Source: Alphaproteobacteria bacterium
GTDB taxonomy: Bacteria; Pseudomonadota; Alphaproteobacteria; Rickettsiales; UBA3002
DNA: 64,000 bases
Direction: 5' to 3'
NCBI GenBank assembly: GCA_017302575.1
Contig: JAFLDD010000001.1
Location: forward strand, 862,629-926,628
The notes beneath the pieces were generated by a model. That model had not been told where the DNA came from. It ran no database searches and worked only from the letters and a program-made list of their open reading frames with translations. Position numbers and translations under genes: made by a program. This document shows, piece after piece, positions 58,808 to 64,000 of the stretch. Within the stretch, counting starts at the first letter, position 1. Every line of letters starts with the position of its first letter.

Positions 58808-59017
58808 CTAGTGGAGGCTCACAGGGTCGAGGTTGTTTTGACGCGCCGTGTAATAGGCGCCTTCCTCGGTTGGGAAGATGGCAAGCTGCGTACCGTCTGC
58901 GGCGAATACTGCAAAGCCTGCTTCGTTACCATCGGTTACTGGCTTAATGTAGGCCATGGTCTCAACGCCTACCATTGACATCATCAGCTCTTCCAAGGTT
59001 ACGGTTTCAACTTGCAT
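58808..59017 (-). CDS. DUF1150-family small protein
   Basis: MAYIKPV...FAVFAADGTQLAIF...ARQNNLDPVSLH pattern; GGAGA SD before ATG 59017. Confidence 0.75.
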   Translation of the reverse strand: MQVETVTLEELMMSMVGVETMAYIKPVTDGNEAGFAVFAADGTQLAIFPTEEGAYYTARQNNLDPVSLH

Positions 59018-59051
59018 ATTCTGTCTCCCAGTCGGTTTTTGTCTTACTTGC

Positions 59052-59097
59052 AATCTAACAAAAATCGGCCGCGCCATGTGTGACAGTTGCGTGAAAT
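59052..59097 (-). promoter_or_regulatory. Direct-repeat operator plus extended -10 module (ATTTCAC-GCAA-CTGTCAC-N19-TGT-TAGATT)
   Basis: Read directly; same 46-nt architecture as the other sites. Confidence 0.45.
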
Positions 59098-59112
59098 CGT
59101 TGCATCTGTGGA

Positions 59113-59130
59113 TTGTCATAGAGTTGTCAT
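59113..59130 (+). promoter_or_regulatory. Near-consensus Pho-box-like direct repeat TTGTCAT-AGAG-TTGTCAT, inverted relative to 59080-59097
   Basis: Read directly; no -10 at the module spacing on the plus strand. Confidence 0.4.
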
Positions 59131-59164
59131 ATTTGAAGGGGGTCTTACCCCCGCCGCTTTACGG

Positions 59165-59194
59165 CTCGCGCTGCTGCGCTCGAATAACGGGATT
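59165..59194 (+). repeat. 30-nt repeat, copy 1 (28/30 identical to 63683-63712, first 24 nt exact)
   Basis: ctcgcgctgctgcgctcgaataacgggatt vs ctcgcgctgctgcgctcgaataacaggaat. Confidence 0.9.
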
Positions 59195-59203
59195 TGGTAT
59201 GTC

Positions 59204-59809
59204 CTAGCGCTTTCTAGGCGCGACGCCGCGCGGGTCGATGAAGACAAACATCTTGTCTTGAATGACGGGCCCAAAGGCAGCGTTTTGCAACTGAATGCTC
59301 GTTTCGCCACCTGACGCGTCGATGATTTTCATCTGCTTAAGCTGCATGGGCTTTTCGGTTAACTCGAGCGTGAGCGTGCCTTGTTCTGGCTGCTCGCGCT
59401 GTACGATGGAAGCGCGGATAATCCCGCCAGATTTCTTGAAGTCGACCAGCACCGTTGCGGGGCTTTGCAAGCGAATATCTTTTTGCGCAAGGAAGCCCGC
59501 CAAGGTCTCATCCAAGGGGATGTAATTCACTTGGTCCAACGACGCGTCGAAGTAAGTTACCGTCTTGCCATTCGATACCAGAAGGATCGGCGTAGGTGGA
59601 TTATATTGCCAGCGCATTTTGCCAGGGCGCTTGAGATAGAATTTTCCTGTCGCCAATTCACCATTAGGTGAGACTTGATTAAAGTCCGCCACGATGGAGC
59701 TAATACTCGAAAGATACGTTTCAACGGCCTTCACTTGCTTGGCGTTCCACTCCCCCGCGAAGGCTGGGGTGGCAAAAAGGCAGAGAATCATCGCTAGAGC
59801 TTTTTTCAT
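59204..59809 (-). CDS. lolA: Outer-membrane lipoprotein carrier LolA
   Basis: Signal peptide MKKALAMILCLFATPAFA; FxQ...GxxxxKRPGKMRW LolA pattern. Confidence 0.88.
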   Translation of the reverse strand: MKKALAMILCLFATPAFAGEWNAKQVKAVETYLSSISSIVADFNQVSPNGELATGKFYLKRPGKMRWQYNPPTPILLVSNGKTVTYFDASLDQVNYIPLDETLAGFLAQKDIRLQSPATVLVDFKKSGGIIRASIVQREQPEQGTLTLELTEKPMQLKQMKIIDASGGETSIQLQNAAFGPVIQDKMFVFIDPRGVAPRKR

Positions 59810-59902
59810 GAGATATGGATTGCCACGAAGCATGGCGACTCGCAATGACAAAGTGAATAAAGAGTGCTTCAATTTTAGCTGAATGCTTGGAGTTCAAGGC
59901 GA

Positions 59903-60946
59903 TTATCTACCGCCCCTACCATCATTCTGTCGGATAAGTGGCGCGGGAGATTCCGCTGGTGCTTCTGTAGCAGGCTGAATAGGCGCAACTTGTCCAGCGC
60001 CGTTTAATATATCCCTCTGCTGCTGTAAGATGCCTTCTGCTGTTTCTTCAAATAACTGCCTGCGTTCATCCACTGTTGTAAAACTAAGGGATGCAGTAGC
60101 TAAATTTTGATAGTCTCTGGATTGTATGGCTTCTAAGCGCTGGTCGCGCGCGGACTGAAAATCCACGTTGTTAAAATAACCTTGATTATATATTGCTATT
60201 TCCTCAGGGTACATAAGAGGTGTAGTTGTCATTGCGTCTTCATCAACAGAAGCGGGCACGCCAACAAAGGGAAAGCCTGCGATAAATCTATCAAAACTCC
60301 AATTTGAGCCTTCCATTGATTGGTAATATACTGGCATTGACCCACTATTAATTGTTGATTCAAATACGTTGCCCGTTATTGAAGATATATGCCACTGATG
60401 CCACTCGCTTACTGAGGCATCAGCGTAAAAGCCTTCAACCACGTAATAATCTCCAGCACGCCTTAAGTCGTTTGGACGATCACTATTAATAGATCCAAGC
60501 ACATCGTCATCGTTCTCAACACGTTGCATCAGCAATGCTTCAACTACCGACATTTCTGAACAATCAAACTTACGTTGATCTGATAGAGTATTAAAGTTGC
60601 TGAGTCGCAAACCACTTGCTCGATATTCAGAGAAAAGTGGCTCTTCGCCCATTTCTTCAGAAACGATTTGTCCTAAGTTAGCTTCCCACGCTTCGCGTTG
60701 AGATCTCCCCCAACCAGGCATGGCTAATAGGCTCTGTGCGGTTGATGAAGTTGCCAATCTATCTCTAATACGCGACTCAACTCTTCGAAACGCCTGAGCA
60801 AATTCAGAATCATCTTCAATATTAATCGGTCGACTTAACTCTGGAACGGTAGTTGTATTCACCGCTCTATCACGCAAAATAGCATTCGCAGACACAGCAA
60901 CATAGCCGTCACGAATCATTTCAATTCTATCAGGATACTGACCCAC
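59903..60946 (-). CDS. Orphan protein (347 aa) with possible Cys/His transglutaminase-like core
   Basis: AT-rich ORF inserted between ftsK and lolA; FDCSEMSVVEALL ... EWHQWHISSITGNVFEST ordering; start GTG 60946 or ATG 60919. Confidence 0.55.
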   Translation of the reverse strand: MGQYPDRIEMIRDGYVAVSANAILRDRAVNTTTVPELSRPINIEDDSEFAQAFRRVESRIRDRLATSSTAQSLLAMPGWGRSQREAWEANLGQIVSEEMGEEPLFSEYRASGLRLSNFNTLSDQRKFDCSEMSVVEALLMQRVENDDDVLGSINSDRPNDLRRAGDYYVVEGFYADASVSEWHQWHISSITGNVFESTINSGSMPVYYQSMEGSNWSFDRFIAGFPFVGVPASVDEDAMTTTPLMYPEEIAIYNQGYFNNVDFQSARDQRLEAIQSRDYQNLATASLSFTTVDERRQLFEETAEGILQQQRDILNGAGQVAPIQPATEAPAESPAPLIRQNDGRGGR

Positions 60947-60980
60947 GATTTAAGTTTATGACCTAAATATTAATTTCTGC

Positions 60981-63263
60981 TTAACGCATCAAGACTTCAC
61001 GTTTACCCACGTGATTGGCGGGGCCGACGATGCCCTCCTCCTCCATGCGGTCAATCATCCGCGCGGCGCGGTTATAGCCGAGCTTCAGGCGGCGCTGCAG
61101 ATAGCTGGTGGATGCCTTGCCGTCCTGAATCACGATTTGTTTGGCCTGACGGTAGAGGTCTTCTTCGGCGCCACCCTCACCTTCCATCATATCGGCCATG
61201 TTGGATTCTTCTTCGTCGTCGCGGGTCACCGCCTCTTCATATTGCGGCTCGCCTTGCGTGCGCAGATAGTTGGTGACGGCTTCGACTTCCTTGTCGGAAA
61301 TGAAGGGGCCATGCACGCGGGTGATGCGACCACCACCAGCCATATGTAGCATGTCACCTTGGCCGAGCAGTTGCTCTGCCCCCTGCTCACCCAGAATGGT
61401 GCGCGAGTCGATTTTGCTGGTGACTTGGAACGAAATACGCGTCGGGAAGTTGGCTTTGATAACACCGGTAATCACATCCACCGACGGGCGCTGCGTTGCC
61501 ATAATAATGTGAATACCCGCTGCACGCGCCATCTGCGCGAGGCGCTGGATGGAACCTTCGATTTCTTTACCTGCGACGATCATCAAATCGGCCATCTCAT
61601 CGACGATGACGACGATGAATGGCAGCGGCGTGGTATCAAGCGCCTGCTTTTCCATGATGGGTTTGCCGGTTTCAGCATCAAAACCCGTCTGCACGGTGCG
61701 GAATAATTCCTCGTCGTTCTGACGCGCTTCGTCGAGGCGCTTATTATAGTTCTCGATATTGCGCACGCCGAGATTGCTCATCAGGCGATAACGATTTTCC
61801 ATTTCCTTCACCGCCCACTTGAGCGCGACGACCGCTTTACCCGGCTCGGTCACAACGGGTGAAAGTAGATGCGGAATATTGTCGTAAATCGAAAGCTCGA
61901 GCATCTTCGGGTCGATCATGATGAACTTACATTGATCCGGCGTCAGATGATAAACGAGCGACATGATCATGGTGTTAATCGCCACCGATTTACCCGAACC
62001 TGTCGTACCCGCGACGAGCAAATGCGGCATTTTTGCGAGGTCGGCAATAATCGGCTCGCCACCGATGTCGCGACCCAGCACGAGTGGCAATTTTGCTTCC
62101 GTGTCTTCGTAGCTATCGTCCTCGAACAACTCACGCAACACCACCATTTCGCGGTTGCTGTTTGGTAATTCGATACCAATCGCGTTACGGCCTGGGATCA
62201 CCGCGATACGTGCAGAAATCGCGCTCATCGAGCGGGCAATATCGTCCGCCAAACCAATCACGCGGGATGATTTGATGCCTGGTGCAGGCTCGAGTTCATA
62301 GAGCGTCACCACAGGGCCTGGACGCACGTTGGTGATTTCACCTTTAATACCGAAATCAAGCAATACCGACTCAAGTAGTCGTGCGTTTTGTTCCAGCGCA
62401 GACTCGCTTTGTTGCTTCACTGCCTTACTGGATTTCTTTTGTAATAGATCCAACGAAGGCAGGGTGAATGCACCCTTGCGTGGTCGTAAGCCAAGCGATG
62501 CTTGGTTGTCGACTTTTTTCGATTTTTTGGATTGGACGCGTTTCTTAGTGAGCACCGGCTCGTCATCTTCTTCGTCGATTTCATCGTCGTCCGCTTCATC
62601 GACGGTTTCTTCTTCCGCTTCTTCGTCTTCTTCCTCATGGCGGCGACGCGCTACCATTTGCCAAAGGGTTATGGCACCGCCTGCAATCGCGGCAGTTACC
62701 GTACGAAGGATAATGGATAATGCGATATACTCATGCAGACGCAAGCCAAGCGCCAGAGGTAGCGTTACGAGGCATAACACCACCATCAATGCGATTGCTG
62801 CTAATGCAGGCAGTAATTGAATCAGCGCCATGCTGATCACAATGCCGATGGCACCGCTAGCCTGTGCAAGCCACGCAGCACCTGTATAAGCGGCCAACAA
62901 CGCAAGCGCTGCTGAACCTGTTACCAGCGCCAACACAAGCGCCAGAATGCGCCAGCCCATGCTGGACTCAGTATCTTTCATCACCCAGCGCCATGCCCAA
63001 CCCAGCGGCGCAACAACCAGTATCGCTGCCATCACACCAAAAAGCTGGCGGCACATATCCGCGAGAATCGCGCCCGTTAAACCTACGGCATTGTGAATCG
63101 TATCATTGCCCGAATGGTTCCATGATGGATCGCCTGCGTGATAGGTTAATAACGAGGCAGCCAGTATGATGCTAAACGTCACCGCAATGAGCGCATAGAG
63201 CTCAGAACTGCGGCGGGCGATGAATTCAGGAACAGGAATCATATTGACGGCGCGACGAAGCAT
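60981..63263 (-). CDS. ftsK: DNA translocase FtsK
   Basis: N-terminal TM segments, acidic linker, Walker [10 protein letters not shown]-terminal gamma winged-helix. Confidence 0.96.
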   Translation of the reverse strand: MLRRAVNMIPVPEFIARRSSELYALIAVTFSIILAASLLTYHAGDPSWNHSGNDTIHNAVGLTGAILADMCRQLFGVMAAILVVAPLGWAWRWVMKDTESSMGWRILALVLALVTGSAALALLAAYTGAAWLAQASGAIGIVISMALIQLLPALAAIALMVVLCLVTLPLALGLRLHEYIALSIILRTVTAAIAGGAITLWQMVARRRHEEEDEEAEEETVDEADDDEIDEEDDEPVLTKKRVQSKKSKKVDNQASLGLRPRKGAFTLPSLDLLQKKSSKAVKQQSESALEQNARLLESVLLDFGIKGEITNVRPGPVVTLYELEPAPGIKSSRVIGLADDIARSMSAISARIAVIPGRNAIGIELPNSNREMVVLRELFEDDSYEDTEAKLPLVLGRDIGGEPIIADLAKMPHLLVAGTTGSGKSVAINTMIMSLVYHLTPDQCKFIMIDPKMLELSIYDNIPHLLSPVVTEPGKAVVALKWAVKEMENRYRLMSNLGVRNIENYNKRLDEARQNDEELFRTVQTGFDAETGKPIMEKQALDTTPLPFIVVIVDEMADLMIVAGKEIEGSIQRLAQMARAAGIHIIMATQRPSVDVITGVIKANFPTRISFQVTSKIDSRTILGEQGAEQLLGQGDMLHMAGGGRITRVHGPFISDKEVEAVTNYLRTQGEPQYEEAVTRDDEEESNMADMMEGEGGAEEDLYRQAKQIVIQDGKASTSYLQRRLKLGYNRAARMIDRMEEEGIVGPANHVGKREVLMR

Positions 63264-63342
63264 TGCAAAGTCCTTTTACAGTTTGTTCCCAGCTTGCCTC
63301 GCGCGCAATGGAACGCCGCTTAGCGGGCTGAGGGCTCTTTAC

Positions 63343-63351
63343 TTATCCACA
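63343..63351 (+). promoter_or_regulatory. Perfect DnaA-box 9-mer TTATCCACA upstream of ftsK
   Basis: Exact consensus; 12-mer ACTTATCCACAG identical to the gyrA upstream copy. Confidence 0.35.
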
Positions 63352-63467
63352 GCTAGACTAGACACCCCAAACAACCCTACAGCAAGCAGAAACCCTTGGT
63401 TTTTTGGCTTTTAACCCGTCTATTCGTTACCTGTTGCGGCAAAGGCGCATCTGGGGGCGTTTCGGCC

Positions 63468-63495
63468 TTGCATTAACCCCTATTTTGCCTAGGTT
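63468..63495 (+). promoter_or_regulatory. Putative promoter of SRP RNA (TTGCAT-N16-TAGGTT)
   Basis: Places the TSS about 63502, at the first base of the SRP RNA helix. Confidence 0.4.
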
Positions 63496-63501
63496 AGAAG
63501 C

Positions 63502-63590
63502 GGCTGGCGGCGGGCGATGCCCCCGCGAATCCGGTCAGGGCCGAAAGGCAGCAGCCGTAACGGGATTCGCATCGGGTCGTCCGTCAGCCA
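63502..63590 (+). ncRNA. ffs: Signal recognition particle 4.5S RNA
   Basis: Conserved GGTCAGGGCCGAAAGGCAGCAGCC domain-IV core; long terminal helix GGCTGGCGG.../...CCGTCAGCC; located upstream of dnaX. Confidence 0.85.
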
Positions 63591-63620
63591 CTTCACCGCA
63601 AGGCGAAGTGGCTTCGTCTT
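63587..63620 (+). terminator. Stem-loop after ffs
   Basis: GCCACTTC-N10-GAAGTGGC followed by a T-rich ttcgtctt. Confidence 0.45.
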
Positions 63621-63682
63621 CCAATGTTTCCGGCTCGGTCTACTGACCTCGCCATGAAACACGCTCCGCTGCTCATGGCTGT

Positions 63683-63712
63683 CTCGCGCTGCTGCGCTCG
63701 AATAACAGGAAT
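63683..63712 (+). repeat. 30-nt repeat, copy 2, in the dnaX leader (ends 5 nt before the ATG)
   Basis: See copy 1 at 59165-59194. Confidence 0.9.
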
Positions 63713-63717
63713 ATAGA

Positions 63718-64000
63718 ATGTATCGCGTTTTAGCTCGCAAATATCGCCCACAAACCTTCCACGACCTGATTGGTCAGGAAGTGTTGGTGCGCACACTCAC
63801 CAATGCCTTTGCGTCGGGTCGTATCGCGCATGCATTCATGCTTACTGGCATTCGCGGGATTGGTAAAACCACCACGGCACGTATTATTGCGCGCGGCCTG
63901 AATTGCATCGGCGCGGATGGCAATGGCGAAGCCACGACCGACCCGTGCGGCGTGTGCAGCAACTGCATTGCGATTGCCGAAGACCGGCATGTTGATGTCA
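63718..64000 (+). CDS. dnaX: DNA polymerase III subunit gamma/tau (3' end outside window)
   Basis: My own translation: MYRVLARKYRPQTFHDLIGQE...GIRGIGKTTTARI...CGVCSNC; AGGA SD; open to the window end. Confidence 0.93.
   Translation, partial: MYRVLARKYRPQTFHDLIGQEVLVRTLTNAFASGRIAHAFMLTGIRGIGKTTTARIIARGLNCIGADGNGEATTDPCGVCSNCIAIAEDRHVDV

Noticed and set aside
59087-59314. 75-aa plus-strand ORF downstream of the plus-strand Pho-box-like repeat
   Set aside because: It is antisense to the lolA 3' end, has no SD, and its start lies upstream of any plausible TSS. I kept only the regulatory-site observation.
60947-60980. Degenerate direct repeat AATTAAT-ATTT-AGGTCAT upstream of the 59903-60946 orphan
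   Set aside because: The distance to the TGA-TAGAAT -10 is 25 nt rather than 19, and the first half-site is poor. It is not counted as a regulon member.
62329-62820. 163-aa Ser-rich ORF on the plus strand
   Set aside because: It is antisense to the acidic linker of ftsK, the same mirror artefact.
63404-63740. ORFs of 80-83 aa on both strands covering 63404-63740
   Set aside because: They overlap the SRP RNA, its terminator and the dnaX leader. The RNA gene explains the conservation-like structure.
1-64000. Looked for CRISPR arrays, IS elements or transposase fragments, integrases, prophage genes, and toxin-antitoxin or known defence-system genes
   Set aside because: No spaced direct-repeat arrays, no terminal inverted repeats flanking ORFs, and no ORF product with transposase, integrase, phage or defence signatures were seen.

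Overview
This is a 64-kb chromosomal window with dense coding and moderate GC. Gene content and synteny look alphaproteobacterial (ffs-dnaX, metXW, cpa/tad pilus genes, DUF1150, membrane H+-PPase); I cannot name the species from sequence alone. The housekeeping backbone is: mazG (partial), an SDR, pyrB-pyrC-pyrF, an AGCS symporter, tRNA-Lys(UUU), tgt/queA, two cyclophilins, coaD, gyrA, argG, ppa plus hppA, slt, metXW, chorismate mutase-hisC-tyrC, a class IV aminotransferase, rfbCDB, tonB-exbD-exbD-exbB, tRNA-Gly(GCC), an 11-kb Tad/Cpa pilus locus with an adjacent EAL protein, apaG, argE, a ubiH-family gene, xthA, lolA, ftsK, SRP RNA and the start of dnaX. I saw no IS element, CRISPR array or prophage. 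About a dozen AT-richer orphan genes with no recognisable family are inserted into this backbone. Main hunt result: eight genes scattered across the window, seven of them orphans (the eighth is the DUF1150 gene), carry the same promoter architecture. It is a Pho-box-like 7-4-7 direct repeat, exactly 19 nt of spacer, then a -10 element that is often an extended TGn type. In three of these eight cases the -10 sits 6 nt from an ATG with no Shine-Dalgarno, implying leaderless mRNAs; a ninth orphan (54438-54824) shows the same leaderless -10 geometry but lacks the repeat. Several of the orphan proteins look effector-like: a protein-kinase-like fold, a peptidoglycan-binding motif, and a Cys/His transglutaminase-like pattern. 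Together this suggests an undescribed, response-regulator-controlled dispersed regulon. Other observations: an orphan terminator with a sigma-54-like promoter (candidate sRNA); a 30-nt repeat copying the dnaX leader; recurrent DnaA-box-like motifs in four promoter regions; a Tad locus with no recognisable pilin or prepilin peptidase; and a small atypical ORF wedged between pyrB and pyrC.
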